A model generated the notes under the pieces. That model was not told where the DNA came from and did no database searches. It saw only the letters and a list, made by a program, of their open reading frames with translations. A stretch of 64,000 nt of DNA, taken from positions 53,878,001 to 53,942,000 of the forward strand of contig CM052819.1 of assembly GCA_028534125.1 (NCBI GenBank), in the 5' to 3' direction. Below, in pieces: positions 25,504 through 39,497 of the stretch. A program made the position numbers and the translations under genes. Positions within the stretch are counted from its first letter, which is position 1, and each line of letters begins with the position of its first letter. Source of the stretch: Lama glama. Its lineage: Eukaryota.

Positions 25504-26394
25504 TGCCACTTGGCAGTCTGTACTCAGGCAAACGTGAGAGGTGTGGACGTATTCTTTCCCTACCTCCACTCCCTTTGGCGGCAGGACTTGCCAAGCACGT
25601 TGAGGGAAGAGTCTTCCTCTGTCTGATTTTAAGGGCGGTGTCCTGAGCGAGGGTATCCCGATGGGAGCCTTTCCGTCTCAAGAACTCCAGTGCCTTTAGA
25701 TGGTGAAGTAACCAGCCTTAAGGAATGTAAAAACAATCTGCTGCTCTTTTTTTTCACAGATTGCCAAACACGATAGAAGTAAGCGTATCAAACACACACA
25801 CACACACAAAACTGAGTGCCCACCCCGCCCGCTACAGACACTCCCATTGGCCTCTAAAGTACCCCTACCTTTGCCCTAGGTAATTAATTTTCCTGGATAA
25901 CAGCTTATTAAACTTAACATAATGACTTAATGAGGTCCAGCCTGATCCCATATAAAGATAGGAAAACTAAAGTGTGGGTGTGGGGGAGGGGAAACAATGA
26001 ATTGCCCCAGGTTCCAATGAACGTTGAATGACTAGGTGAAATTCTCTTACTCAACAAATACAATTTGAGCAGAGTGCCAGAATCTGGGTAAACGGTGATA
26101 AACCAAATGATGTGATTCCTGAGTTGGAGTCATACTCACTTGACAAGGCAGATTCCACCTAAATAATGGTCCTTTAGACAGAATAGGATCTCAGGAGTTT
26201 TTGGTGTTTACGAGGCTTTTGACTAAAAAACTTAGGAGGCCTATTGGTTCTTAGAAAAAAAAGGTTATCTTCCTCTCTAATTCTCCAAATCCAACTTGTC
26301 TCTACCCCGCAGTCCCTGATACAAGATTGGAGCTTTTTCTTACCTAGGTTCTAATGGCCAAGGATACAAACTCTTTTGTTAGCCCAGACACTGT

Positions 26395-26935
26395 CATGCC
26401 TTTCCCTATAAAATGGAGATGATAATTCCTGACTCATCCGTTGTTTTAAGGATTACATGAAATAAAGTGGGTCAAGCACTTAATGCAATGCCTGACATAA
26501 TAAGTACTTAATCAAATGTTAGCTGCTACTATTGTTGCTGTTATAAACTTAATTCTTTCCAATCTAGTCTCCACATTGTTGCCATGGTGACTTTTACAAA
26601 ACACAGATCTAGCCACTGACATCCTCCTGGATTGTTCCTCATCCTTACTCCCTTCTCAACTTTACACCAAAGCCAATTCCATACATACCTTTTCCAGAAA
26701 GCCTTCCCTAAGACCCTCCCCCAAGCTGGTGGCAACATGTCCCTCCTTAGAACCTCCACTGCACCCTTTCAGAAACTTCCACATGACTCTGATGAGCTTT
26801 GACCTTGTTTTATCACTGTTAATGCAAGTTTCAAACTATGAGTTTCCTTAGGATAAGGACTACATCTTACTCATCTTCAGATTTCCCCCAGCATCTGTCC
26901 CTGCACCAAGGTCCTCAAAGTTTATTGAATCAAGT
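26395..26935 (+). mobile_element. MIR 3' half (about 26395-26540) followed by an L2 3' fragment
   Basis: 'ctataaaatggagatgataat...aaggattacatgaaata...gcctgacataataagtacttaatcaaatgttagctgct'; 'cttttccagaaagccttccctaa...ttccttaggataaggact...tttattgaat'. Confidence 0.75.
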
Positions 26936-28431
26936 GGCGAGGAAAGAACTTTGGCATAACCAATCAATTTCTTTTGCTTTTGGTTTCCTTCTCTTGAAAC
27001 AAGCTTTCTCACCCACTCAATATTAAAAACGGAGGATATATGTCCAGATAAAATCTGGCAGACTGACAGGGGGCAGCTATTTAAAATCTCTGGTTTTGCA
27101 GGTCTGCTATGCTGCCCTGACTCCTCATCTGAGAGAGTATTACCATCAACTGGGCAGTAGTATAAGCTATGCAAGTGGTTGGAACTTCAACATAAACCTA
27201 ACCACTCCCATCTGTCAGTACTTCTGTCATGATCAACGGCAGGCATCTGTGAGATAGCTGGCTGAGGCACAGTCATTTTCTGAATCAAAATGATCCTAAT
27301 TTACCTGTGCAAGCAACAACCTGCAACCTAATACAGTTTGAAAGAATTCAGGCAAAAAAGTCAAGACACTTTTTCTTTGTTAATTTCCAAAAGTGTGAAT
27401 GAGGCAATGCTCCTCCCTTGTGATACGAATATCCATAGAGATAAAACAGGTGGTTAGCAGAAATTGTGCCTTACTGTGCCTCAGTCCTTGGTCTTGGATG
27501 TTTTGAATAACTGAGTCAACAAATGGTCTCTCTGTTTTTCTACATTTTCTGTTCACTTTCCATCAGCCAGATCATAATTCTCTGAATCATTGACTTTTAA
27601 TGAGCTTATATATTTAGATAATGTCCTGAATAGTAAACTAAATACCTTTTAGATACTCTTAGAGGACTCTGATAAGAAGATGTAAATATCCCTTGTCCAA
27701 TTGACAAAGTAGAGAAAGAGGATCACACCATAATTTCTTGAATTAGTCTCTTGGGAGAACTTTTAACCTCATAGTAGACTATGAGGTCCTCAAAGACAAG
27801 TGCTATGTCCCTTCACCTTCATAAACACTGCATTTAATACATTTCCTGGCTCATCTTATGACCTCAGTTAATATGTTTGAATGAATAAATGAACAAATTA
27901 ATATCATCTCTCAAAATCCAGGAAGTCAGCATTTAAGTGACTTTTTTTTTTTTGCTACAGTGAAGTATCTCAACATAAGCTATCTACGATTTCCCAACAA
28001 TCACTTAAGTTGTTATAAATGTAGATATTTCTGCTTAAGTATAGTTAAGTGCTTCTATCTTTGTGCCTTTTTTCCCCTGTGTATGTTACACAGCCAAAAT
28101 GAGGAAGGGATATGGAGAGGCAAGTGAAGAGAAAGAGAAAGAGAATAATTATTAGAGGATATCACAGGATATCTCAGTCTCAGTCTTGCAATGAAAGTGT
28201 GCATGTCTAGAGTTTTGACAAATGATTCAGGAGAGGTCAATGGAGTCTACCATCTAAATAAGCACTAAAGTAAGTTGTACCTTTACTTCCTCCTGCAGCA
28301 TCAAACAGACCAAAGAAACTTGCTGCCTTTCCAAACTACTGCCCCCTTACAGGCAGAACTTGCCCCTTCCCTTTCCCACTCCCAAAAGGTATTAGCTTGT
28401 GAAAGAAGCCCTCTGCTTGCTTCCCTGGGGC

Positions 28432-28595
28432 NNNNNNNNNNNNNNNNNNNNNNNNNNNNNNNNNNNNNNNNNNNNNNNNNNNNNNNNNNNNNNNNNNNNN
28501 NNNNNNNNNNNNNNNNNNNNNNNNNNNNNNNNNNNNNNNNNNNNNNNNNNNNNNNNNNNNNNNNNNNNNNNNNNNNNNNNNNNNNNNNNNNNNNN
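28432..28595. other. Assembly gap (164 N)
   Basis: Run of N. Confidence 0.99.
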
Positions 28596-29529
28596 GCAGC
28601 CCAGGCTACAGGATCTGGTCTTTGAGGGCAGTTGGATTTTCAATAAAAGTCTAACACATGGAAGTAGCCCAAGCTTCTTATGATTTGAAAATGGAGGCAG
28701 AAAAAAAGAGAGGCAAACACCATAGGCATGGGGAATGTTGATGGTAGATGGGACTTGGGGGATAAATTCCATTCGCAGATGGGGAGCTGGGACACAGAGA
28801 ACGCAAGGAGGCTTGCCTAAATAGTAGAGACAGTGCTGTTTATATTTCTCATATTAACTTCAAATTTAGTAAATATTTATTCTGTTTTCAGACCACCAGA
28901 GGAGGTGTGGGAAATGCCATGAAATTGGACCAGCATCGTAATAAAACCAAAAGAGGAGAGTGGCCCTTGGGCAAAATGGACTCATTGATCTCTAAAGTGT
29001 AAATCTCAATAAACCAGGGATTTCTGACATTTGGAATTACTTAGCTACAGCTTTTGCCTCTCGCTAGTAGGTGGACCACCATGACTAGAGCTGAGTCTCC
29101 TGGGCAGCTCACAAGATGTTCAGGTGCACATGATCCTGTTCGGGGCAAACCGGCAATTTTATCTCTGGTGAGAGTAGGCAGGTGAACAGTTAGTGAGGTC
29201 CCCAGGGAAGGGTGGATAAGTCATGACTCAGTCTGTTCAGTTCTAACAAGGTGACCCCAGAGGGGAGCCCACCCCCTCTGACACTCACAAGGTTCACAGG
29301 GCCTTGTTTTATCCTCTCCTTCCACCTTGTGCCCTAATAGCCCTGCGGCCTGAGTGGTCCAGCTCTGGAGAGACACAGCAATATAAATCTCTCCACCCAA
29401 ATCTGTCCTAGTATTCTCTGCTCTTGCATGCTCAGGGGAGCCAAATCTGTACCTGCGGGAAGAAGAAAATGGACCCTAAGATGGGAGACAACAGTATCTG
29501 ATAACAATTATGAACAATTGTCTTCCTTA

Positions 29530-29695
29530 CAATGACAGAGCACTTTACAGTTCAACAAAGCACATCACTTAAATCTGTTTATCAGATCCTCAAAACCTCT
29601 TACTGAATGAAGCAGGTTGGATTGCTATTATTATTCCAATTTTAGAGATAAGGAAGTGAGAGATGGTGATGTTTGTGAAGTCACCAGCTAGTAAT
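29530..29695 (-). mobile_element. MIR
   Basis: 'agagcactttacagtt...gatcctcaaaac...attattattccaattttagagataaggaagtgag...aagtcaccagctagtaa'. Confidence 0.75.
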
Positions 29696-29752
29696 TGTCA
29701 TCCATCAGCTCTCTATTTAGTTATGATCTCCTGCAAAGAGCTTTTCCTGAAC

Positions 29753-29758
<6 letters not shown>

Positions 29759-29784
<26 letters not shown>
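29759..29784. repeat. (CA)n microsatellite
   Basis: About 13 AC units. Confidence 0.95.
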
Positions 29785-31705
29785 AGTCCTGAAGGCTCCT
29801 TCCAGACTCTTTGCCTTTGGACTTGATCGCCATGCTTACACTTCGTTGTAGCTGCCTTTTTCACTTGTCCGCCTCCCTCACACAAGTGTATTCTCCGTGT
29901 GGGCAAAGACTGTGATCTCTTGATCGCAGATGTGTCTGGCATACAGTCAGTGTTCAATCTAAGTCTGATAAATGAAGGAGTAAATGAATGAACCAGGTGA
30001 CTGGCTCAGGCCCCAAACTCAAGTCTTTGATTTACGACCCAGGTTCTTCCCATCAAACCTCACTGACTCTGCTGTCAGCAACCATTGGGAATCCAGAAAA
30101 ACACCACCAATCTCTCGCGTTTTCCAGAGCTATGCACTCTACCTTGCATTTCACCTACCCAGTCTGCTCCTAGAGCTCGAATCATGTTCCAAACCACGAA
30201 TCATGGCAAATAAAACCTTTTCTTTCTCTTCTATTATAAAATCAGAGCTCAGGCCCTTTGTTGAATAAACTTGATGACAAAATAACTTACAAAAAATTAA
30301 GTCTCAATATTCAATACATCATCATTTGGGGAAACCGCCAGTCTACTTGACCTCTATACCTCAGGCCAGAAAAAGCAAATGGATTAATTGCCCTAGAAAT
30401 CCTCTTTCTTTGCAAATGTCTTAACCTCATTGACTGCTGTGGGGAAACTCTTACCAATCCCTTGGCACTGCACCATCCGTCCCCTTCTAGCTCTTAAACT
30501 TGCCAAGAGGCCAAGCTCTAGGTCCTCTACACCAATCCACATTCTGTCTTGTATGTACCTTGGGTCCCGTGCTGAGGGGACCCACAGTACCTTCTCAGTG
30601 AAGACTGGAGGTGTTTAGTTTGGTTTGCTGTGAACAGTTAAATGAAGAGCCTCACAAGGGAAATTAATTTATCTATTTTTCTGGGTGGCAATAGAGGATG
30701 GGACTAGAAGAGACGGGGGGCAGTTGCAGAAATTCGGGCTTCAGCCCAGGATACAGAAGCATTCTCTATCAATGCGAGCCACTCTGCATGCAATATGCTG
30801 CCTTAATAAACTCCCCATCTCGGGTGGTGTTCAGAGCCCCGTTATCCACCTGTCAGGGTTATGCCATAGGAGGTTCCGGAGTTGGTAAACAGCTTAGACT
30901 TTGACCCCTGAGGTGCCTTTCAGCTCTGAGAAGCTATGACTCTGTGATTCTTTTTCAGATAAAATAATAGCTGAGAACATTTCCTTTAAAGATCCACTTC
31001 CAGACAGAACTATGTTCTGCACTCTAAACACAAGGTGTTTTATATCCATTTTCACATAAGTTCTCAAGATCAAGGATGGTGTCTTTTTCTTTTTCTAGTC
31101 TTAAAATATCTCTGCATTTCCTTGTTTCTGGCTTTCCTACTGTCTGATCTAACAGGCAATTTTATTCCACCCCATACAAAGAAATTCTGTAGTACAGACA
31201 AATGCCACACACATCATACAACCATATTCCGCACACCCCAAATCACATTCAGAGAAGCTCTCAGGAAAAAGAAAAGAGAGATACTTCCCGAACACTTTTA
31301 TTTACGTGCTCCTTTTAGAATGCTAGAAGCTGGCTCTCTGAGCAGATCTATAAAATTGAGCAGGGAATGGTAGTGATGCCTGCTTTGTTTACTAAAGCTT
31401 GTCAAAAAATGATTCTCTAGGTCCTGCACTGTAATGAGTTTATCTGAAAAACTTAGCTTCCCCTGCACCCCCAACTATGCCCAGCACCGTACATGAATAG
31501 AAGGAGTTGTTTCCCCTGATCTGAGACCTGATGTCTTGAGTTGTGGTCCAAAGCTCATTTTAAATTCCAAGTTGCAAAACCTGGAGAGAGGGCATTTGAG
31601 GAAAATGCTGACATTTCTTTAGCTCTGACAACATTATCACACACAACCATAAATATACTTCCTGGACCATGTCTTCTGATTCTGCTTTCCCTGTTAGTAG
31701 TTTTA

Positions 31706-31868
31706 AGAAGAAAAAACAAAAACAAAAACAAAAACAAAAACCCAAAACCCCAACCTCTTAAATAATTCCCCAGCACTTCTATATAGTCTAGTGGAAAACC
31801 AAAGAAAAAAGAAAAAGGAAGAAAAGAAATATAAAAAAGACAGGAGAAAAGAAAGAAAAGAAAAAAAC
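31706..31868. repeat. (CAAAAA)n and A/G-rich low-complexity tract
   Basis: aaaaaacaaaaacaaaaacaaaaacaaaaa, then aaagaaaaaagaaaaaggaagaaaag... Confidence 0.8.
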
Positions 31869-33500
31869 CCGCAGCCCCATTACTCTATTTAATTTTTGAT
31901 GATTTGTATCTATTTAAGCTACCCTGGGGATGTAAGTATGTGCATTTTATTCTGATTTGCCTCAGAATTTTTTTAGGGGGAGGTGGAGGCATATAGATAT
32001 GCATTATGAATAAATAAATTCAGATAAAAGCAAAGGGCTGGCAGTCAGGAGACTGATTTAAATCTGGGTTTTGCCGTTGGTTAATTCCACGGTCAGAGGA
32101 ACCTTCTCTCCTCTGAAACTCCTTTTCCTCGGTGTAAATGGATAGAATAAGGTGTCTGTCATCCAAGTGTGGCATTCTGAGACTGCGACTCTGACATGAA
32201 AAGATAAACAAAGCAATCTTGTGCTCAGTCCAATTTCTAACACATTTTGTGTATTTATTTTCCCCTAGTCTTGCCCTGTACAGCTTGACACTCCATAGTT
32301 GGATGTCCTAAGAATTTGTTTTTAGGGTCTTAGCTCTAAAAGAATTAGCCTGAAATCAAGAGAGGAGAATCTGTAAGTGCATTAAGACCCCCTTCTTGGC
32401 ATACCTTGGCTAACAGCCTCTTCTCGGTTGGTGGGGGATGGCGCAAAGCCTGATACGGCCCCTGCTTGGCCCTGGGGCATGGATCTATGGCCTCTGGGCT
32501 CAGCAAGTATGTTCAGACCCCAGAAATCCTCCCCACAGGATGAGAGGGAACAAAGGTACCCAAAGAAAATACCCCGGGAAGCATTTACAAGAGGTTACAA
32601 AACAGTTATAAAATAATTTTCTGGCCCTAAAATTAGAAGCCAAGGTCTGATGTTCTGAAGCCCAGGTGCAGGGTGAATCTATATATGGGCCTTTACAACT
32701 AGCTTATAAAGCGCTTGAAGACGAGGAATTGTTGTTTTGGTAAAAAGCCTTAAGGAGTCTTTTTATTTCTTTACAACCAAGATGTAAAAGAAGTCTGGTC
32801 CCAGAAATCTAAGCTGAAGTTTTCTTTTGAGTACTCTGGAAAAGAGCACATTTATAAATCTCGAGTAGTAAGTGATGATAACATGAGTCATGAAAGAAAT
32901 AACAATCCTCACGCAATAAATAATATTGAAATGTGTATGATGACAAAAATAGATGCAAAATGAAGGCTATTATAGCCATACATACACATCGCAGATATTA
33001 AACAAGGGCAAGAGGGAGTTCAAAATTCTACCAGATCAAAATCTTAGTCGTTCACATGAGAAAGATGAGGTACAAAGAAGGGAAGTGACTCGCCTATGGG
33101 AAAACATAGAATGACAGGACTGGGACCTTTCCTGCCACACATGTCAGCACAAGGGCCAAAATACGCGAGGGCAAGTTCCATCCTACTGCATAACCAAAAA
33201 TGGTATTTTCCATAAGGCTGTCTTTTTTATTCCTTCATTTCAGCAAATATTTCTTGTATGTGTCTTATGGGTCAGGCACTGTCCTAGGCACTGGGGATAC
33301 AGCAGTGAACAAAAGCAAGGCCATCTGTGTCCCCTTGGAGCTTACATTTCATGTAAGTCACTTAATTTTTTCCCCCAGGTTGAGAAGAAAATTTCAATTG
33401 GAGAAGAATGGTCTTTATGGATATAGATGACATTTATTTGGTAAGTCACTTCATTAAAATGATAAACTGGATATATTGTGCTACAATTAACCTCTCCACC

Positions 33501-33917
33501 AATATCAGTCAGGGTTCTCTAGAGAAACAGAACCTATAGCGTATATATATACAGAAAGAGATTTATTTCAAGGAATTGACTTATGCGATTGTGAGGGCTG
33601 ACAAACCCAAACAATCTGAAAAGCAGGCAAGTCCTAAATTTATAGGGAAGGCTGGCAGACTGAAAATTCAAGCAGGAGTTGATGCTGCAGTCTTGAGGCA
33701 GGATTTCTTCTAGAAAACTCTGTTTTTCTTCTTAAGACCCTTCAACTAACTTGATAAGGCCCATCCACATTATTGAGGATACTCTCCTTAAAGTCAACTG
33801 ATTATAAATATTAACCACTTCTACAAAATATTTTCTCAGCCATAGCTTGATTAGTGGTTGATGAAATGACTAGCGACAATGGCCTAGTCAACTTGACACA
33901 TGACACTGACCATCACA
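33501..33917 (-). mobile_element. MLT2 (ERVL) solo LTR
   Basis: Starts 'tatcagtcagggttctctagagaaacagaacc', includes 'gagatttatttcaaggaattg', ends 'ctagtcaacttgacacat...gaccatcaca' (reverse complement of the MLT2 5' end tgtgatggt...). Confidence 0.88.
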
Positions 33918-33929
33918 AATCTACCCAGC

Positions 33930-34310
33930 AAACATTTATTAAGTGCTTACCACATGCCACATTCTGCAATAAATCATCCACAGGCCCTGCCCTATGAAGG
34001 AAGGGCATAAGCCATTTACTTGAATAAATATGTGAAAAGATGAAGCCCTATAAATCCATAAGAGAGGTAAAGAACGGGTGCTATCTTTGAGGATTTGGAG
34101 AAAGAAACAGTTATTTCCAGGTAAAGAAATCAGGAAAAGCTGAAAACACAAAAGACTGTTGACCTTGTCCTTAGAGAATGAGCAGAATTAGGACAAGGAA
34201 AACAGGAGGGTGACTTCCTCGTGGAAGACACGACATAAGCAAAAGTGTGGAGTCAGGGAAATGTGTGATGTATATAGAAACATTGAGTGGCTCAGTTGGG
34301 CTGGAAATAT
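33930..34310 (-). mobile_element. L2 fragment
   Basis: 'cagcaaacatttattaagtgcttaccacatgcca...aagcaaaagtgtggagtcagggaa...cagttgggctggaa'. Confidence 0.7.
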
Positions 34311-34861
34311 AGAGCATTCATCAAAACCTCTTTTATTTAGCTAGCGATTACTCAGTGCTTGTTCAAGTACTCATGCCAAAGACATTAAAACATTTGCCGG
34401 TGGAACAGAGAGATCAAGAGACTCCTCTGAAGTCACACAGAAAACTTTGCCAGACAAGTCAAAGCCTTTTGCTTTCAGAAGCTACTGTTGACTTCAAAAA
34501 TCAATTTTGCCATCCCTGAGAAAGGAGACTATGCTTTATCTTTGTTATTTCAATTTAACTATCTTTGAGAAGTCATGTTATTTTTTGATAAATGGAAGAA
34601 AATGATTAGGCCCTAGTTTTTAATGAGCATATAGATATCAATGTCCCCAAACAAGATGCTGGGGGATTTATATATCATAAAATTGAAACCTTATTGCTTC
34701 ACTACCACTCATTCAAGGGTATTTCTTGGTTTTGTACAATAATTAAATTGCTATGGTTAGGGGGATGGTATGTAGAAAGAAAGTACATATAAAAGCCGCA
34801 GCCTTCACAAGAAAGTCGAATTCCTCTGGGACTCCTTTATTTCATAGTTGTGTGCTTTATA

Positions 34862-35001
34862 ATTTTTTTTGTTTGTTTGCAGGGGGGAGGTAATTAGGTT
34901 TATTTATTTTTTTACTTTTTCAGTGGAGGTACTGGGGATTGAACCCAGGACCTAGTGCAAGCTAAGCAGGCGCTCTACCGTTTGAGCTATACCCTCCCCC
35001 C
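34862..35001 (-). mobile_element. Camelid tRNA-derived SINE (vic-1 type) with a perfect 19-bp TSD
   Basis: Minus strand 'ggggagggtatagctcaaacggtagagcgcctgcttagc...ggtcctgggttcaatccccagtacctcc...aaataaacctaattacctcccc' has Pol III A and B boxes. TSD catagttgtgtgctttata at 34843-34861 and 35002-35020. Confidence 0.92.
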
Positions 35002-37300
35002 CATAGTTGTGTGCTTTATATATTCTACTTATTACAGTTCCTCTCAGCCATCATGTTTCCATGCCCCAAGCCCCTCCCTCATTTCAAGGGCTAGCTGTTG
35101 GTCCAGCAAGCTCACCATTAAATAGACATGGCTTATACCTTACTCCACTACCAGCTTCCCCCATCCCTGCATTAAAGCCAATCATCCTTTTGCCTGCATA
35201 AGAATTCATGTTTTCTACTAATGACCTAACCAGCAATGGGTTTGTTTCCCAAACTGATGGTTTTATGACACTCAAAACAAAGCACTTGTCTTTGAAGCTA
35301 ATGTAATATTTTTAAAAATTAAAATAATTATAGGAATTAGAGGATTTCAGACACTTGCCAAACAAGTCTTTTCTCAGCTTCATACCACTATGAATTGGGC
35401 AGAAGCAAATTATTCCTCCCAGTCTCCCTCTGCCTCTCCTACCTTCCACTTTATGAAAGGGAAGCTAAGTACCCAAACCAGGAAGTGACATCATCAAGCA
35501 CCTGGTTTCATAACTCCATAAGGTGCATTACTTTAATTAAATCCATCAAAGAACCTAGTAAAAGGGAGGCTGGAGAGAAATGAGGTTATTGATCAAAAGT
35601 ATTAAATAAATGGACATCACCAAAGAGTGGATGTTCACAAATGTGTGGAACACTCAAGAGGGATCAAAGTTCAGTTTCCACAGTGGATAACTGAACATTT
35701 GTCTTGTGACAATGCTCTTTTATTTCCAAGAGAGGGGAAGATTAGAAAGTGTCTAAAGGTTTAGGATCATAATATTACTTTAAGTTTACACAATGCTTTA
35801 GATTTATTGTGTACTATCTCATTTTATTGCTAATCTCCACAATCCTGCAAGGCAGGCAAACCATAGATTCACAGACTGTTGGGTTACATTTTGGAGGGCA
35901 GAGTTCAACCCTCCACAGCACGTGACTAGCCTAGGTAGGTGTGTGTCTAGGAGGGTGCCTGTGTGCCTTTCAGAAGGGCAAGTGTGGAGAGAGACACATG
36001 GAGCATCTTGGTGAAGATAAACGGTAATCACACCAACTAACTAATGGTCTTCATGAAATAAAATGTCTCCTCTAAGAATGGGTATTGTAACAAGGTTTAG
36101 TTTATGTTTTTCACCCTGACCTCAGGATAAGGTCACATCCCTTCAGACAGAGAGCAGAGTCTCCCCTATCCTCAGAGACAGTCAGCAGGGCAGAGGCAGG
36201 GCCTCAGAAAAGTACAGAAGGCAAATCTGAAGAGGTAAAAAAGAAGAAGGCTTGCTTGCTTGGGGTTGGAACTGGAAGAATATGAAAAGTCAAAAGTCAC
36301 TTCCAGCTGGATCAGGCTCCCAGTGGGGTGTGACGGCAGGGGAAGGCATTGGCTTGTTCCAGGGCTTGACCACACCACAAAGCGGGGTGGGAAAAACTAC
36401 CGGTATAGTTGATCATTAAAGGAGAAAGTGCCATCACGTGGGGAGAGTGTAACAAGTACTTTAGCAAGAAATTCCTTGGTGAGTAGGAAGTTTCAGGTGG
36501 CATGGGATTAGCAGACATCCAACGCCTCCACCCTGGGATTCTAAGCCTGCCACTGCTCTCCTCGGGGATCTTAATCGGAGTTTTCTCAGGTGGGTTCCCT
36601 TGTATATTCACCGAGGGATCTTTCAATGATAAACTCATGGAGGGGGACAGTGAATGCCAGCAATTTCTTCTTGATGTTCTCCGAAGAGGGAGCATTTCCC
36701 AACAGTAGCAGCCCTTCACAGTGTGTTAAATAGATGAGATAACTAGTTGATTTCATCCAAATGGAGATCGAAGTCCAGTTTTCAGACCACTCTCTGCACC
36801 TGCCTGACTCCTCATTTCCCCAACAACTGTGTCCTTAATAGCTAGTGATTTCTAAGCTCTTACCAAGTCACAGACAGTATGTCATTCAATCTTCACAGTC
36901 TCCTTGGAAGGTTGTAGAATTATTCTCGTTTTCAGAGTAGAAAACTGAATCTACCATGTAACTTGTCCAAGGCTATATGGTAGTAAGCAGCACCCTGGAC
37001 TTTCACCGATGTCTACTTCAGTCCAACTTTATAGTCTTGACCATCACATTGGGCTGCCTTCCTGGTCTCCTCCTAAAGCATGTGACAATATAGTGGGTAG
37101 AGCATTGAGTGGGAAGTGAGACAGCTGGGTCAGGAGGCCTGATACCTTGGGTCTGTTGTTTGCCAGCTGTATGACCTTTAGGACCTCTGAGCCCTAGTTT
37201 CTTCCTCTGAAAGATTTATGTTATTTTTCCCTCTTAGCTACAAAATTTTTTGGAGGGCATGTTAAAAAGATGGAATGTGAATAAAAACTACAAAAATACT

Positions 37301-37443
37301 GAGTGAGCAGGGTACAGCTCAGTGGTAGAGTGCGTGCTTAGCATGCACAAGATCCTAGGTTCAATCCCCAGTACCTCCATTAAAACAAAAATTAAATAAA
37401 TAAACCTAATTACCTCCCCCCCACCAAAATAATAAACAAAAAC
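37301..37443 (+). mobile_element. Camelid tRNA-derived SINE (vic-1 type) with TSD
   Basis: 'gggtacagctcagtggtagagtgcgtgcttagcatgcacaagatcctaggttcaatccccagtacctcc...taaacctaattacctccccc'. TSD aaaacta(c/t)aaaaatact at 37284-37300 and 37444-37460. Confidence 0.92.
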
Positions 37444-38329
37444 AAAACTATAAAAATACTTAAAGATGTAAGGAACTACATCTTAATTTTACATTTTTTT
37501 CTAATATTTTTCAGGAATTAATGAGATCCTGGGTTGAAGGAAAGAACTCAACAGAAGGGAGATATCATTTATTCAGTCAACATATACTATACACAACGGT
37601 CCATCAAGAATAGTGAAGAACAGGTATTTAACAGCTTCAGGATAGCTGATCTGTGAAGAACTCGATTTCTTTTTTCACGTTTAAAAGAGAAGATCACTTA
37701 GATGAGTTACTGGGAAACCCTCTCTGAATTGCTGTCTGAGCTATACCTGTGTTGAAAATGAAATAAAGAAAGAGGTCAACTTAATGCTGACCTCCAAGAA
37801 GTCTTTGGTCAATTCAGCACTTTGTTCAAGCTGTAAATTTAGTCCCCAGATTGTCTAGTTAGATAGTTATTCTCCTCTCAGACAGAAAAAAAATGTAGAC
37901 TGTTCAAAATTTAAAAGTCTGCTTCCCAGAGAAATGCCTTTGTGGAAAAGTAATTCAACAAGTACCTGATGAGTGCTTTCTGGGTTCTATACCTTGCTAA
38001 GGACTGAACTGCTGTGGAGGGTAGGAGTGCGGAAGGTAATGTTGACTACCGTTGCCTCCATGGGAGCTGTGCTAACAAGTGGAAGTTTAGAGGCTGAGAC
38101 GGGCTGAGACAGAAATGGACTAAAGCCGGATGTCAATATGAGAAATAAGTGCTTGGGCATCTAAGGTTTATGTTCTTGGATTAGGAAGGTGAGCCCTTTT
38201 TGTGGAAGGTTCTGAAAGTGAATCAGAGATTTAATTTGGCCTTGTGGGCAATTAAAGGGCCCATTAAAGGTTTTAGTATAGTAACAGGATGAAAAGATAC
38301 GACAAATTCAAACCAAGTGTCATAGTTAG

Positions 38330-38860
38330 GACACTTTTAATTTTGAAGGTTTTATAACCAGAAATAACTCAAATCAAATTAAGCAGAGAAAAAAAACAAG
38401 TGTAAGTGGAGAAATTTATTGGCTTATATAACTAGAAAGTTCAAGTAGTGGACTTTGCTCATGGTTGTTTAGGCATTCAGATAATGCCGTCAGCTCTCTG
38501 GATTGGCTTCATTCTTAGTCTATCTCCATGTAGCATTAAAATGACTGTCAACAGCTTCAGCTTACATGGGCTTTAGAGATTATGGCCCCAGAGAAAAAGC
38601 CTCTGGAGAAAAGGCACCAGAGTGAGCTCTCATTGGCTCAGCTTAGGTCATGTGCTCATTTCTGAAAATTTACTGTGGCCACAGGGATGAAGCTGCTTGA
38701 TTGGCCAGGACTGGGTCATATTCAAGCCCAGAAGTAGGGAAAGGACTCTAGTCAGTCCTTCTCCCACCTCCGTTAACTGTATAAATTGAGTACAATATTT
38801 ACAGAATAAGGGTGGAGCTGTTTCTCAAAGGGAGAGATGCAGGCACACGCATTACCCAAG
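38330..38860 (-). mobile_element. Old MaLR LTR (MLT1J/K-like)
   Basis: 'aaatttattggcttatataactagaaagttca', 'ctctcattggctcagcttaggtcatgtgctcatttctgaa...tgtggccacagggatg...tgattggccaggactgggtca'. Confidence 0.75.
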
Positions 38861-39084
38861 CTTGACTTAACACACTTACAGTCTAAAATGGAACACCTCT
38901 CTTTTCTTTAAACTATAGTCTGTTCCTTTCAAAATTACTTTTATTCATTCATTTTACAGGCACTCAATGCTGTGAGTCATAGCTTCTATTTCTGAGTATT
39001 TACCACAGAAGTTTTCTATTTGCAGATAGGTTGGGTTCTGAAAGTTAGTTGTAAATCCTTTTGTTCATAACTGAATCAGAAGGT

Positions 39085-39497
39085 GTAGCAGAGCTGCATA
39101 ATTAATCCCCAAAGACAACTTTATAGTGTAGGGTTGTCGCTAGGAAGTGATGCCCAGCCTGGGCTGATATTTCCTGCTTCTGCTCCTGTACATCTGGTAT
39201 AGGAGGCATCTGGCTAGTTCTTGCCATGGGAAGCATGAGGAAGTGATGTGTGTCTCTTCTTGGGGGTGGATGTAGAGAGGTGAGTGTGGCTTTCCCAGAG
39301 TCCCTTTCTCTATCTCTTAGGTGAATGGAGAGGCTCCCAGAACTTAAAGGAGAACTTAGTCATGAGAACAGAGTTCCTGGATCTCTGCACAAGCAAGTCA
39401 TCCCACAAGCATCACCCATATTGAATTCTTACACGAGTGAGGAATATACCTTTACTGTATTAAGCCAATGAGAATGAGTATTACCTTAATAAATACA
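39085..39497 (+). mobile_element. Old MaLR LTR (MLT1G/H/I-like)
   Basis: 'ctagttcttgcc...ggaagtgatgtgtgtctcttc...gagtgaggaatatacctttactgtattaagcca...taaataca'. Confidence 0.65.

Noticed and set aside
24568-25681. Long ORFs on both strands across the CpG island, suggesting a divergent gene
   Set aside because: Lengths are inflated by N gaps and stop-poor GC-rich sequence; no recognisable product.
37305-37378. tRNA gene (A/B boxes, tRNA-like head); same for the copies near 34930 and 50460
   Set aside because: Each has a SINE-specific tail and TSDs, so they are tRNA-derived SINEs, not tRNA genes.
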